64,000 bases of DNA, from assembly GCA_040830765.1 (NCBI GenBank), contig JBFOMH010000004.1:64001-128000 (forward strand), read 5' to 3'. The position numbers were made by a program, and so were the translations under genes. The notes beneath the pieces are model-generated. The model saw only the letters and a list, made by a program, of their open reading frames with translations. It did no database searches and was not told the DNA's origin. Source of the stretch: Puniceicoccaceae bacterium (lineage in GTDB: Bacteria > Verrucomicrobiota > Verrucomicrobiia > Opitutales > Oceanipulchritudinaceae). This document shows, piece by piece, positions 48,720-58,788 of this stretch; within the stretch, counting starts at the first letter, position 1, and each line of letters begins with the position of its first letter.

Positions 48720-49619
48720 TCAACTTAGGAACCGCACTTCGGGCTCCAGCTCCACGCCCTCCTTCTCCCGCACAACCGACTGCACCTGCTCCATCAAGGC
48801 CAGCACATCGGCGGCCGTGGCATTGTCGGCATTCTCAATCCAGTTGGCGTGCTTGAGCGAGACCATGGCCCCGCCAATCCTGTGGCCCTTGAGCCCACAG
48901 CGGTCGATCAGGACAGCGGCCGGAACGCCTTCTGCAGTCCCCTTAAAGACCGACCCGGCGGTGGGCTGGGTCAGCGGTTGCCGTTCATGGCGCATGGCGA
49001 GGTGGATGGCCGTTTCCTCGCGAATAGCTTCCCGGGTGGACACCTGCTCCAGGGCAAACCGGGCCGCGGTGACAATCCGGCTGGAGTCCAGAAGGTCCGT
49101 GTGGCGATAGACCGGATGAAAATCGGCATAGGGCTGCCACTCGGCTTCCCCCTCTAGCGAAACGGTCCGCACTTCCGTACACCGGTTGGCGGTCTGGCGC
49201 TCATCCCCGGGTCCGTAGCCGGCATTGATGGCAACAGCGGCCCCGACGGTTCCCGGAATGCCGATGTAGAACTCGTATCCCCCGAAGCCTTCCCCGGCGA
49301 CTACCTTGGATAGCCGTGGCAGGGACATGCCGGCCGAAACCTCGATAATGGTCTTTCCTGATGGGTCCTTGCTCAGGGAATGGTCAGAGGAATCCATCTG
49401 GCGCAGGCAAATGACCAGCCCCTTCAGACCGGCATCGGCTATCAGGACATTGGAACCCCGGCCGAGGATATGAAGTGGGAGTTCCTGTCCTTTCGCCCAC
49501 GCCAGGGCCTGCAGCAGTTCCGCCTCCGTCTGGGGCATCGCAAACCACTCCGCCGGACCACCAATCTTCCAGGTCGTCAGGGGGGCAAGGGGGATGTTCT
49601 GCTCAGGCAAGTGTTCCAT
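48720..49619 (-). CDS. murB: UDP-N-acetylenolpyruvoylglucosamine reductase (MurB family)
   Basis: TWKIGGPA, LGRGSNVL, GIPGTVG..NAG, YRHT, QPTAGSVFK, KHANWIEN, LEPEV. Confidence 0.88.
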   Translation of the reverse strand: MEHLPEQNIPLAPLTTWKIGGPAEWFAMPQTEAELLQALAWAKGQELPLHILGRGSNVLIADAGLKGLVICLRQMDSSDHSLSKDPSGKTIIEVSAGMSLPRLSKVVAGEGFGGYEFYIGIPGTVGAAVAINAGYGPGDERQTANRCTEVRTVSLEGEAEWQPYADFHPVYRHTDLLDSSRIVTAARFALEQVSTREAIREETAIHLAMRHERQPLTQPTAGSVFKGTAEGVPAAVLIDRCGLKGHRIGGAMVSLKHANWIENADNATAADVLALMEQVQSVVREKEGVELEPEVRFLS

Positions 49620-49622
49620 AAA

Positions 49623-49742
49623 AATCTTAATCTTGATCTTAGTCTTAATCTTAATCCAGCGGCGAACTCAAAGGCTAAGATTAAGAGCAAGATTAAGGCT
49701 AAGATTAAGATTATGGGGGAGATTAAGGCTAAGATTAAGATT
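49623..49742. repeat. Inverted arrays of a degenerate 6-bp unit, (AATCTT)n ... (AAGATT)n, filling the uxs-murB spacer
   Basis: AATCTTAATCTTGATCTTAGTCTTAATCTTAATC, then three copies of AAGGCTAAGATTAAGA. Confidence 0.9.
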
Positions 49743-50676
49743 ATTCCAGGACGCCCTTGAAGTAGTCGATGGTTCGTTGCAGGCCTTCCTCCAGATGGAC
49801 CTTTGGTTCCCAGCCGAGCTTTTCCCTGGCGAGCTCGATATTCGGCTGACGCTGGAGGGGATCATCCTGTGGAAGCGGCTCGTAGATGATTTTAGACGTG
49901 GAACCGGTCATTTTAATGACCGCTTCAGCCAGCTCGAGAATCGTGAACTCGCCGGGATTGCCGATATTGACCGGACCCGTGAAGTCCTCGCAATTCATCA
50001 GGCGAATGAAGCCCTCAACAAGGTCATCGACGTAACAGAAGGAGCGTGTCTGGGAGCCATCCCCATAGACCGTGATGTCCTGGTTCTGGAGGGCCTGGAC
50101 GATAAAATTGGAAACTACCCGGCCATCGCCCGGATGCATGCGCGGGCCATAGGTATTGAAAATCCGGACCACCCGGATATCGACCCCGTTCTGGCGGTGG
50201 TAATCAAAGAACAGCGTTTCCGCGACCCGCTTGCCTTCGTCATAGCAGGCACGAATGCCGATCGGGTTGACCGACCCGCGGTAACTTTCGACCTGCGGAT
50301 GAATCTCCGGATCGCCGTAGACCTCGGAAGTACTGGCCTGGAAAATCCGGGCATTGACCCGCTTGGCCAGGCCGAGGCAATTGATGGCCCCCATGACCGA
50401 GGTTTTGACCGTCTTGATGGCATTATACTGGTAATGAACCGGTGAGGCCGGACAGGCCAGGTTGTAGATCTGGTCCACCTCGACCTTGAATGGATCGATG
50501 ACGTCCCAGCGCATCAACTCGAAATTGGGATGCCCCAGCAGGTGCCGGATGTTGGCCTTGGTACCCGTGAAGAAATTATCCAGGCAGATGACATCGTGAC
50601 CCTGTTCAATGAGCCGGTCCACCAGATGGGAGCCAAGGAATCCAGCTCCTCCTGTTACGAGAATGCGCTTGTTCAT
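49741..50676 (-). CDS. uxs: UDP-glucuronate decarboxylase (UDP-xylose synthase)
   Basis: [59 protein letters not shown]. Confidence 0.95.
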   Translation of the reverse strand: MNKRILVTGGAGFLGSHLVDRLIEQGHDVICLDNFFTGTKANIRHLLGHPNFELMRWDVIDPFKVEVDQIYNLACPASPVHYQYNAIKTVKTSVMGAINCLGLAKRVNARIFQASTSEVYGDPEIHPQVESYRGSVNPIGIRACYDEGKRVAETLFFDYHRQNGVDIRVVRIFNTYGPRMHPGDGRVVSNFIVQALQNQDITVYGDGSQTRSFCYVDDLVEGFIRLMNCEDFTGPVNIGNPGEFTILELAEAVIKMTGSTSKIIYEPLPQDDPLQRQPNIELAREKLGWEPKVHLEEGLQRTIDYFKGVLE

Positions 50677-50697
50677 AAGTATTGTTCCGGTTGTTGA

Positions 50698-51354
50698 TTA
50701 ACGTACGAGGCAATGTACCCCGAAGGAACGGGTTTGGCTAACATTTCCATCCGAAATCTTGGCCGAAAGGCGGAGGAACTCGGTGGCTTTCGTGGCAAGG
50801 TTCTTGGGGGTTATCTTGAGGCGGTAGCTTCCGGCACTTTCCTCACTCAGTTCGGCATCAAACATTTTGGTCGCCCTTTCAGGGAGGCTTACCTCGACCA
50901 TCCTGCCCTCCGGTATCGTGACGGATATTTCCCGGGTTGAAACCGGCTCATCCATTGTCCATCGCAAGACCCGCGGCTCAATCTTCAACCACTCGGGAAT
51001 GTGGGTGGTCATGGTGAGGACGTAGGTCTCCACGGATGGACTGGTCGTCCTGACCGTAATCCGCTTCGTCTGTTTTCCGACCCGGGAACCAAAGGTGAAG
51101 ACGGCCTTGATATCGCCACTTTCGCCGGGTTGGTATACCAGTTTTTCCAGTTTGGGGACCGTGCAGCCGCAGGATGACGTTGGATTGATCAAGGTCACGG
51201 CTTCTTCACCGGTATTGGTAAACCGGAAAACCGCCTCCGCCTTCTGGTCCATCAGGGAGGGATTGTTGACGATTTCCGTCTGCTCAAATTCCAGCGCCGC
51301 CTGGGCGACAAAGGTCCCCAGGATGAGGGAGGTGATAACAAGGGCTAATCTCAT
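50698..51354 (-). CDS. Secreted Ig-like protein (DUF1573-like)
   Basis: Signal peptide; FRFTNTG...SSCGCT...PGESG. Confidence 0.8.
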   Translation of the reverse strand: MRLALVITSLILGTFVAQAALEFEQTEIVNNPSLMDQKAEAVFRFTNTGEEAVTLINPTSSCGCTVPKLEKLVYQPGESGDIKAVFTFGSRVGKQTKRITVRTTSPSVETYVLTMTTHIPEWLKIEPRVLRWTMDEPVSTREISVTIPEGRMVEVSLPERATKMFDAELSEESAGSYRLKITPKNLATKATEFLRLSAKISDGNVSQTRSFGVHCLVR

Positions 51355-51374
51355 GTCTACTATCCTTTGTTGGT

Positions 51375-52361
51375 TCAGTCTGTTAATTCATCAAGCAACG
51401 GCGCCAGCCAAGATGCCTCTTGCTGGTACCAGTCAACCAGGGCCCTGAAGCCGGCCTGAGGGGGAGTTTCCGGTTCCCAATCAAGCAGCCGCCGGGCCTT
51501 TGAAATATCTGCAGAGGTATCTCGCATGTCGGCGGGATTCCATGCCTGTTGGTCAATTAGAGCCTTTTTCCCGGTATACTGTTCAATCAGCTCGATCATG
51601 TAATTGATCGAGACCGGCTCATTGCCCCCGCCGAGGTTGATGATTTCGTATCCCAGCGGCTTCAAGGCAGCCACCGTCCCGGAGGCAATGTCGTCGACGT
51701 AGGTGAAGTCGCGCCGCTGCTCACCGTCACCATAAAGGGGGAAGGATTTTCCGCTGGCAATGCGGTGGACAAATTTCAGGGGCGACATGTCCGGTCGCCC
51801 GGCCGGCCCATAGACCGTGAAATAACGGACAAGGGAAACATCAAGACCATGCAGGTGATGGTAGGTGTAGGTCATGACTTCCGAAGCCTTCTTGGCCGCG
51901 GCATAGGGGGACAAGGGGCGGTCCACCGGCTGGTCCTCACTGAACGGAGCCGGCTGGCCGGCATAGACCGATGAAGAGGAAGCCTGGACCAGTTTCTTGA
52001 CCCCGAACCGGACCATCGTGTCCATGAGCCCGACAAGTGCGGTCAGGTTGGTCTCCAGATACAATTGCGGCTGCTCAATGGAAGGACGGACACCGGCACG
52101 GGCAGCCAGATTGATGACCGCGTCCGGTTGGTGCTCCTGGAAAAGCCGGTCCAGGAGAGCGGTGTCCCCCAATTCGCCGTGAATAAACCGGAAGTTCTCC
52201 CCGCCCTGCTCCTCGAGTTGGCGAACCCGCCAGTTCTTCAGCTCGACCGGATAATAGTCATTGAGGTTATCGAGCCCGATTATGGAATGTCCCTCACCCA
52301 GCAAGCGCTCGCCGGTCTTCCAGCCGACAAATCCCGCGCATCCGGTGAGCAAAATCTTCAT
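51375..52361 (-). CDS. UDP-glucuronate 4-epimerase-like SDR
   Basis: TGCAGFVG, DNLNDYY, NLAARAGVR, ASSSSVY, SPYAAAKK, RYFTVYGPAGRPDM, RDFTYVDDI. Confidence 0.88.
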   Translation of the reverse strand: MKILLTGCAGFVGWKTGERLLGEGHSIIGLDNLNDYYPVELKNWRVRQLEEQGGENFRFIHGELGDTALLDRLFQEHQPDAVINLAARAGVRPSIEQPQLYLETNLTALVGLMDTMVRFGVKKLVQASSSSVYAGQPAPFSEDQPVDRPLSPYAAAKKASEVMTYTYHHLHGLDVSLVRYFTVYGPAGRPDMSPLKFVHRIASGKSFPLYGDGEQRRDFTYVDDIASGTVAALKPLGYEIINLGGGNEPVSINYMIELIEQYTGKKALIDQQAWNPADMRDTSADISKARRLLDWEPETPPQAGFRALVDWYQQEASWLAPLLDELTD

Positions 52362-52380
52362 AAAACATACGAATTAACCA

Positions 52381-53328
52381 TCAGGACCGCAGACGTCCAG
52401 CTTCCACGGAGGAGAGGAAATCCGCATAGGCGTTGGCAAGCCCCTCCTGAAGGGAGATTCGTGGCTTCCAGCCCAGTTCCCGGATGAGAGTGTTGTCCAT
52501 TAACTTCCGCATGGTCCCGTCCGGCTTGGAGGTATCGAGGGTAATGGTTCCCTCATAGCCAACGGTCGCAGCGACCTGCTGGGCCAGATCGTGGATACTG
52601 ACATCCTCGCCATAGCCGATATTGACCCAGTCGGGCGGGTCCTCGAGCTCCATCAGATAAAGAAGCCCCTCGGCCAGGTCATCCACATGCAGGAATTCCC
52701 GCCGCGGCTTGCCCGTTCCCCAAATGGCGACTTCCGGCAAGCCGGATTCCCTGGCCTCATGGAAGCGTCGGATAAGTGCCGGGAGGACATGGGAATTCTC
52801 CGGGTGGTAATTGTCGCCCGGGCCGTAGAGGTTGGTCGGCATGGCGGAGTGGAAGAGGACCCCGTACTGGCGGCGGAGGTAGGAGCAATACTTCAGACCG
52901 GAAATCTTCGCCAGGGCGTAGGCTTCGTTGGTCTTCTCAAGGGGTGACGTCAGAAGGCACTCTTCCGGCATCGGCTGGGGTGCCTCGCGGGGATAGATAC
53001 AGGAGGAACCAAGGAAAAGAAACCGCTTCACGCCGTTGCGCCAGGCCGCGTTGATGACGTTCATCTCCGCCATCAGGTTCTCGTACATGAACTCCGAGGG
53101 ATAGGTGTTGTTGGCGTGGATGCCACCCACCTTGGCGGCAGCGAATATCACGAGTTCCGGTTTTTCGGCAGCAAAGAAATCGTCCACATCCGCCTGCACC
53201 GTCAGGTCGAGTTCCTGCCGGGTCCGGGCCACCAGATTCGTGTAGCCCCTGGCATCCAGAGCCCGGCAAACCGCGGAGCCGACCATACCCCGGTGGCCGG
53301 AAACGTAGATTTTGTCCGTCTTGTTCAT
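52381..53328 (-). CDS. fcl: GDP-L-fucose synthase
   Basis: [55 protein letters not shown]. Confidence 0.96.
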   Translation of the reverse strand: MNKTDKIYVSGHRGMVGSAVCRALDARGYTNLVARTRQELDLTVQADVDDFFAAEKPELVIFAAAKVGGIHANNTYPSEFMYENLMAEMNVINAAWRNGVKRFLFLGSSCIYPREAPQPMPEECLLTSPLEKTNEAYALAKISGLKYCSYLRRQYGVLFHSAMPTNLYGPGDNYHPENSHVLPALIRRFHEARESGLPEVAIWGTGKPRREFLHVDDLAEGLLYLMELEDPPDWVNIGYGEDVSIHDLAQQVAATVGYEGTITLDTSKPDGTMRKLMDNTLIRELGWKPRISLQEGLANAYADFLSSVEAGRLRS

Positions 53329-53334
53329 CCGTCT

Positions 53335-53450
53335 TTTTTATTAACCACGGAATACACGGAATACACAGAATTCATATAAGATAATTGGGGTGGAGATTTT
53401 TCGAAGGAATCGGATTTCCGTATTTTTCGTGTATTCCGTGGTTTAAAAAA
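53335..53450. repeat. Inverted repeat built from tandem 9-bp units (CACGGAATA) in the gmd-fcl spacer
   Basis: AACCACGGAATACACGGAATACACAGAA (53343-70) ... TTCCGTATTTTTCGTGTATTCCGTGGTT (53416-43); the outer 16 bp are perfectly complementary. Confidence 0.88.
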
Positions 53451-53456
53451 TCACCC

Positions 53457-54527
53457 CTACCAGCCCTTCTTTTCGACGCTGGCGATGTCGGCCTCGGTCA
53501 TGATCTTCACCAGGTCGGTGAACTTCGTCTTTGGCTCCCAGCCTAGCTCGCGCTTGGCCTTGGCCGGGTCACCGATGAGCAGGTCAACTTCCGCGGGACG
53601 GTAATATTCGGGATCGACCGCCACCCGGACAACGCCCTGGTCATCACGGCCGACCTCGTTTTCTTCACTGCCCTCCCAGGTAATGTTGATACCGGCATGC
53701 TTGAAGGAGAGCTCGGCAAATTCACGAACCGTGTGGGTTTCGTTGGTCGCCAGGACAAAGTCGTCCGGCTCATCATTCTGGAGAATGCGCCACATGCCCT
53801 CGGTGTATTCCGGAGCGTAGCCCCAATCCCGCTTGGCATCGAGGTTGCCAAGGCGCAGCTGTTCCTGCAGCCCCAGCTTGATCCGGGCGACGGTGCGGGT
53901 GATCTTGCGGGTGACAAAACTTTCCCCACGACGCGGTGATTCGTGGTTGAAAAGGATGCCATTGGAGGCATGGATGCCGTAGGATTCGCGGTAATTGACA
54001 ATGATCCAGTAGGCGTAGAGCTTGGCCACGCCGTAGGGGGAACGCGGATAGAAGGGCGTCGTCTCATCCTGGGGAACCGCCTGGACCTTGCCATAGAGCT
54101 CGGAGGTGGAGGCCTGATAGAAGCGGACCTTGTCCTTGAGGCCGACTTCCTTGATGGCGTCGAGGAAGCGAAGGGTGCCCACGGCATCCACTTCAGCGGT
54201 GTACTCCGGAACATCGAATGATACCTTGACGTGCGACTGGGCACCGAGGTTGTAGATCTCCTCCGGACCGATGTTTTCCAGCAACCGGTTCAGGTTGGAG
54301 GAATCCGTCAGGTCGCCGTAATGGAGGAAAAGCCGCTTGCCGCGGATTTCCGGATCCAGGTTAAGGTGTTCAATCCGGCCCCAGTTGAAGGAACTGCTGC
54401 GACGGACGATGCCGTGGACGATGTAGCCCTTGTCCAGCAATTGCTCCGTCAGGTAGGAACCATCCTGGCCGGTGATACCCGTTATCAGGGCCACCCGGCC
54501 CTCATAGGATTTTGATGTGTCAGACAT
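53457..54527 (-). CDS. gmd: GDP-mannose 4,6-dehydratase
   Basis: [52 protein letters not shown]. Confidence 0.97.
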   Translation of the reverse strand: MSDTSKSYEGRVALITGITGQDGSYLTEQLLDKGYIVHGIVRRSSSFNWGRIEHLNLDPEIRGKRLFLHYGDLTDSSNLNRLLENIGPEEIYNLGAQSHVKVSFDVPEYTAEVDAVGTLRFLDAIKEVGLKDKVRFYQASTSELYGKVQAVPQDETTPFYPRSPYGVAKLYAYWIIVNYRESYGIHASNGILFNHESPRRGESFVTRKITRTVARIKLGLQEQLRLGNLDAKRDWGYAPEYTEGMWRILQNDEPDDFVLATNETHTVREFAELSFKHAGINITWEGSEENEVGRDDQGVVRVAVDPEYYRPAEVDLLIGDPAKAKRELGWEPKTKFTDLVKIMTEADIASVEKKGW

Positions 54528-54540
54528 TTTTAAATATGGA

Positions 54541-55845
54541 TTAGAGCGCGCGGATCATTCCCCCCGCCAACGTTTCATGCGTAAATGGATCCACTAGAAC
54601 AAGCGATCCGGTAATTCGGTTTCGGGAATACTCATCCACAAAGAGTGGACTCGCAACCCGTAAGTGAATTCGGGCGATCTCGTTCAGCCCAACTTCCGGC
54701 TCATCCTCGACCTTGTGCAGGGTATTGACGTTGACCTTGTACTGGACCGATTTCACGGCCGCCTTCACTTCCCTGCTGGTATGGCGGATGAAGAGCTTGT
54801 CGCCCGCCTTGAGTTTCCGCTTCTCGGAAAACCAGCAGATCATGCAGTCGATCTCCTGCTCCACCCGGGGCTTGTTGTTGGGCTTGACCAGCATGTCGCC
54901 GCGGGAGATGTCGATCTCGTCCTGCAGGGTGATGGCGCAGGAGTGCGGATGGAATGCTTCCTCAAGCTCCCCGTCATGGGAGTGGATGGCCTTGATCTTG
55001 GAGGTGAACCCGGACGGCAGGACCATCACCTCGTCCCCCGGCTTGAAGACACCGCCAGCCACCTTGCCGGCATAGCCCCGGAAATCGTGCCATTCATTGG
55101 AATGCGGACGGATGACCCACTGGACCGGGAACCGGGCATCGACATGGTTGGCATCCGGCCCGATGTAGACCGTCTCCAAGTGGTAAAGCAGGGAGGACCC
55201 CTGGTACCAGGGCATGTTCTCGGACTTGCTGACCACATTGTCCCCCAGCAGGGCGGAAATCGGCATAAAGGTGATTTGCGGGATGTCGAGCCGGGACGCG
55301 AAGTCCTTGTAGTCATCGACAATCTCGTTGAAGCGCTCCTCGGACCAGTCGACGAGGTCCATCTTGTTCACCGCCACAACCACGTGCTCGATCTGCAGCA
55401 GGGAGGCGATGAAGGAGTGACGGCAGGTCTGCTCAATGACCCCGTTGCGGGCATCAACCAGGATGATGGCCAGGTTGGCCGTGGAGGCCCCGGTGACCAT
55501 GTTGCGGGTATACTGGATGTGGCCCGGGGTATCCGCGATGATGAACTTGCGCTTCGGAGTGGCGAAGTAGCGGTAGGCCACGTCGATGGTAATCCCCTGC
55601 TCGCGTTCCGCCCGAAGCCCGTCTGTCAGCAGGGCCAGATTGACGTTCTCGTCACCCCGTTGCTTGGAACTGCGTTCCACCGCTTCCAGCTGGTCCTCGA
55701 AAATGGTCTTGGTGTCGTACATCAGCCGCCCGATGAGGGTCGACTTTCCGTCGTCAACCGAGCCCGCGGTGGTGAACCGGAGCAATTCCATGTCGAGGTA
55801 GGAGTCCTTCTCCTTTGCCTGTTTGTCTTGATTAACTGAAGTCAT
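54541..55845 (-). CDS. cysN: Sulfate adenylyltransferase subunit 1 (GTPase)
   Basis: [38 protein letters not shown]; no fused APS-kinase domain. Confidence 0.96.
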   Translation of the reverse strand: MTSVNQDKQAKEKDSYLDMELLRFTTAGSVDDGKSTLIGRLMYDTKTIFEDQLEAVERSSKQRGDENVNLALLTDGLRAEREQGITIDVAYRYFATPKRKFIIADTPGHIQYTRNMVTGASTANLAIILVDARNGVIEQTCRHSFIASLLQIEHVVVAVNKMDLVDWSEERFNEIVDDYKDFASRLDIPQITFMPISALLGDNVVSKSENMPWYQGSSLLYHLETVYIGPDANHVDARFPVQWVIRPHSNEWHDFRGYAGKVAGGVFKPGDEVMVLPSGFTSKIKAIHSHDGELEEAFHPHSCAITLQDEIDISRGDMLVKPNNKPRVEQEIDCMICWFSEKRKLKAGDKLFIRHTSREVKAAVKSVQYKVNVNTLHKVEDEPEVGLNEIARIHLRVASPLFVDEYSRNRITGSLVLVDPFTHETLAGGMIRAL

Positions 55846-55866
55846 GCAAAAATTCCTCGAAATGGA

Positions 55867-56775
55867 TTAAAAGTAGCCCTGCTTCTTGCGGTCTTCCATC
55901 GCCGTCTCCGAGCGGCGGTCATCCGCCCGGGTGCCGCGCTCGGTTTGTCGGGCCGCGGCCACTTCGGCAATGATGTCGTCCAGCGAATTGGCGGCCGACT
56001 CGGTACAGCCGGTGCAGGTGGCGTCCCCGACCGTGCGGAAGCGAACCACTTTCTCTGCTACCTCCTCATCGTCCTGGACGGTAATGAAGTCGGTCACCGC
56101 CATAATGGTGCCGCCGCGCTCGATGACCGGACGTTTGTGGGAGAAGTAGATGCTCGGCAGGTCGATATTCTCCCGCTTGATGTACTGCCAGACGTCCATT
56201 TCCGTCCAGTTGGAGAGCGGGAAGACCCGGAAGTGCTCCCCGGGGTTCATCTTGCCATTGAACAGATTCCACAGCTCCGGGCGCTGGTTCTTTGGATCCC
56301 ACTGGCCAAAGTCGTCCCGGTGCGAGAAGAAGCGTTCCTTGGCCCGCGCCTTTTCCTCGTCGCGGCGGGCACCGCCAATGGCCGCATCAAAGTTGTTTTC
56401 CTCAATGGCGTCGAGGAGGGTCACCGTCTGCAGGCCGTTGCGCGAGGCATTGGGGCCCTTCTCCTCGACCACCCGGCCCTGGTCAATCGAGTCCTGGACG
56501 GAAGCCACCACAAGGCGCGCCCCCATGTCCGCGACAAAGCGGTCCCGGAATTCGATCGTCTCCGGGAAATTGTGGCCGGTGTCGACGTGCATCAAAGGAA
56601 AGGGCACCTTGGCCGGCCAGAAGGCCTTCTTCGCCAGGTGCGCCACGACAATGGAGTCCTTCCCGCCCGAAAATAACAGAACTGGGTTCTGGAACTGCGC
56701 CGCAACCTCCCGTAAAATGAAGATCGCTTCCGATTCCAGGTGCTCCAAGTGGGTGACCGTGTAGGATTTGTGCAT
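55867..56775 (-). CDS. cysD: Sulfate adenylyltransferase subunit 2
   Basis: LESEAIFILREV, SGGKDS, GGARRDEEKARAKER, WDPKNQRPELW, MEDRKKQGYF. Likely start 56775. Confidence 0.96.
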   Translation of the reverse strand: MHKSYTVTHLEHLESEAIFILREVAAQFQNPVLLFSGGKDSIVVAHLAKKAFWPAKVPFPLMHVDTGHNFPETIEFRDRFVADMGARLVVASVQDSIDQGRVVEEKGPNASRNGLQTVTLLDAIEENNFDAAIGGARRDEEKARAKERFFSHRDDFGQWDPKNQRPELWNLFNGKMNPGEHFRVFPLSNWTEMDVWQYIKRENIDLPSIYFSHKRPVIERGGTIMAVTDFITVQDDEEVAEKVVRFRTVGDATCTGCTESAANSLDDIIAEVAAARQTERGTRADDRRSETAMEDRKKQGYF

Positions 56776-56810
56776 AAGCCGTCTAATCTGTGGTTTATTA
56801 GGTAAAATAG

Positions 56811-57425
56811 TCAAGAACCAATGCGGTCCGGCGATTGGCGGGCTTCCAGCTGCTTGAGGAGGGCCTGAACGGACTGCTCGACGGAAGCGGATTCGGTATC
56901 GAGGACGAGGACCGGATCGCCATCAATTGGTTCCTCAAAGGCGGAGTCCTTGCCGGTGAAATTGGCGATTTTGCCGGCCTGGGCCTTCTTGTAGAGGCCC
57001 TTGGGATCGCGCTGGGCGCAGGTCTCGAAGCTGGCCTTGACGAAGACCTCGACAAAATCGGCCTCCCCGACGACAGAGCGGGCGAGCTGGCGCAATTCGC
57101 GGGTGGGACAGATAAAGGAAGTGATGGTGATGACGCCGGAATGGAGGTAAAGCTTGGCCACCTCAGCAATGCGGCGGATATTCTCCGCCCGGTCCTCGTC
57201 GGTAAAGCCGAGGTTGGCATTGAGCCCGGTGCGGATGTTGTCCCCGTCGAGAATCTGGGTCATGTAGCCGGCCTTGTTGAGCTCCCGTTCAAAGGCGTTG
57301 GCAATGGTGGACTTCCCGGACCCGGACAGGCCATAGAGCCAGAAAACGACGGATCGCTGCTTCAGAAGCGCCTCCTTGTCGGGCCTTCCCAGCATACGGT
57401 GGAACTCTGGATGAATATTATCCAT
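56811..57425 (-). CDS. cysC: Adenylyl-sulfate (APS) kinase
   Basis: GLSGSGKSTIA, LDGDNIR, DRAENIRRIAEV, RDPKGLYKKA, NFTG. Confidence 0.96.
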   Translation of the reverse strand: MDNIHPEFHRMLGRPDKEALLKQRSVVFWLYGLSGSGKSTIANAFERELNKAGYMTQILDGDNIRTGLNANLGFTDEDRAENIRRIAEVAKLYLHSGVITITSFICPTRELRQLARSVVGEADFVEVFVKASFETCAQRDPKGLYKKAQAGKIANFTGKDSAFEEPIDGDPVLVLDTESASVEQSVQALLKQLEARQSPDRIGS

Positions 57426-57514
57426 AAAAAGGAAGCTCTCCTTTCTTTGCGTTTAGAGGAAAGGGTCAAACCCTTAGTGACAGGCAGATCCGCCTTACAT
57501 TCCTCTTACAATTC

Positions 57515-57627
57515 AAAGGAGTCGGGCCTTCAGGCCCGGTAGCGTCATCAAAATCTTGCCACCGGGACAGCTGGTGATTCTGTGAGAGGGGTATAGGCAC
57601 AACCGGGCCTGAAGGCCCGACTCCTTT
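57515..57627. repeat. REP doublet (REPIN-like): perfect 26-bp inverted repeat with palindromic arms and a 61-bp spacer
   Basis: AAAGGAGTCGGGCCTTCAGGCCCGGT (57515-40) and its exact reverse complement (57602-27). Each arm is GGAG plus the hairpin CGGGCC-TTCA-GGCCCG. Confidence 0.85.
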
Positions 57628-57641
57628 ATCTCATTAGAATT

Positions 57642-58784
57642 ATGGAATCCGGATTTATCGAGTCGATGCTGTCCTCTGGGGTGGGGCCGTTCACCCTGGG
57701 CCAGTTGTTGTTAAGCTTCGCCATTGTCCTCTTGACCCTGTTTCTCCGGGGTCTGCTGACAAAAACCATCTTCGCCAGCCTGAAGCGATTGGCCGCGCGC
57801 ACCCGCTGGGAGCATGACGACCGCTTCCTCGAGGCCCTCGAAAAGCCCACCTCCTCTTTTATCCTGATCCTCGGGATCTACCTGGCTGTTGTCGTCCTGC
57901 CGCTGGACGAGGAATGGATGGATGTGATCGACACCCTATTCCGGGGCATCTCCATATTCATCGTCTTCTGGGGCCTGTTCCGCCTTGCCGATGTCCTTGT
58001 GGACGTCATGGCCTCCGTCTCGAGCGCCAGCGGAAATGACAGTTTCCGGGGTTTCGGCAACCTGGTGAAGAAATCCCTGCGGGTCTTCATTATCATTGTT
58101 GGTGTGGTGATGGTCATCGATAACCTCGGCTACAACATCGGCGGCATCCTGGCGACCCTCGGGATTGGCGGTGCGGCCTTTGCCTTTGCCGCCAAGGACA
58201 CCATCGCCAACCTCTACGGCTCGATTGCCCTGGCACTGGACCGGCCCTTCCGCGTCGGCGACTGGATCCAGGTTGGCAGTGTGGTCGATGGTGATGTTGA
58301 GGAAATCGGCCTTCGCTCGACGAAGGTCCGCACCTGGCCCAAGACGGTCATTTCCATCCCCAATGCGGTGCTTGCCAATGAGATGATCAACAACTGGTCG
58401 CGGATGCCGAAGCGGCGCATCAAGCAGGTGGTCGGGGTGACCTACGAAACCAGCCCGGACACGATGGAAGAAATCGTCGAGTCCATCCGGGAAGTCCTGC
58501 GCAACGACGAAGACGTGAATCAGGACTTTATCCTCGTCAACTGGACGGATTTCGGGAGCAGCTCCCTCGACATCCTCGTGTATTACTTCACCACGACCAC
58601 GAAGTGGCTCGAACACATGGACATCCGCCAGCGGATCAACGTCAAGATTGCCAAGGTAGTCGCAGCCCATGGTTCCAGCGTGGCCTTCCCGACCCGGACG
58701 CTTTACCTGGAGGGGGATGTCGCCCGGCAGTTGGCAGGGGGTATCGAGTTGCCCAATGATGCCGGGCCGCAAGCACCTCATTGA
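57642..58784 (+). CDS. mscS: Small-conductance mechanosensitive channel (MscS family)
   Basis: GIGGAAFAFAAKDTIAN, DRPFRVGDWI, VEEIGLRSTKVR, IPN, DFGSSSLD, AFPTRTL. Confidence 0.92.
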   Translation: MESGFIESMLSSGVGPFTLGQLLLSFAIVLLTLFLRGLLTKTIFASLKRLAARTRWEHDDRFLEALEKPTSSFILILGIYLAVVVLPLDEEWMDVIDTLFRGISIFIVFWGLFRLADVLVDVMASVSSASGNDSFRGFGNLVKKSLRVFIIIVGVVMVIDNLGYNIGGILATLGIGGAAFAFAAKDTIANLYGSIALALDRPFRVGDWIQVGSVVDGDVEEIGLRSTKVRTWPKTVISIPNAVLANEMINNWSRMPKRRIKQVVGVTYETSPDTMEEIVESIREVLRNDEDVNQDFILVNWTDFGSSSLDILVYYFTTTTKWLEHMDIRQRINVKIAKVVAAHGSSVAFPTRTLYLEGDVARQLAGGIELPNDAGPQAPH

Positions 58785-58788
58785 TCTT

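Noticed and set aside
49594..50445. 283-aa ORF with ILILIL/LRLRLR low-complexity start
   Set aside because: Artefact of translating the hexamer repeat plus the antisense strand of uxs.
54541..54670. Lower GC at the cysN 3' end as a recombination junction
   Set aside because: Short, modest shift (31/60 G+C in one line counted). The frame is intact and it is not distinguishable from normal gene-end drift.
54664..55839. 391-aa plus-strand ORF
   Set aside because: Antisense shadow of the GC-rich cysN gene with no recognisable motifs. The same applies to long antisense ORFs at 47220-48299, 57936-58781 and 58642-59565.
49620..57627. Intergenic repeats as CRISPR arrays or IS ends
   Set aside because: No regularly spaced direct repeats with unique spacers, and no cas or transposase genes in the window.
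58669..58788. Long mscS/sulfotransferase overlap suggesting a frameshift or fusion
   Set aside because: Downstream starts (TTG 58789, ATG 58846) remove the overlap and keep all sulfotransferase motifs.
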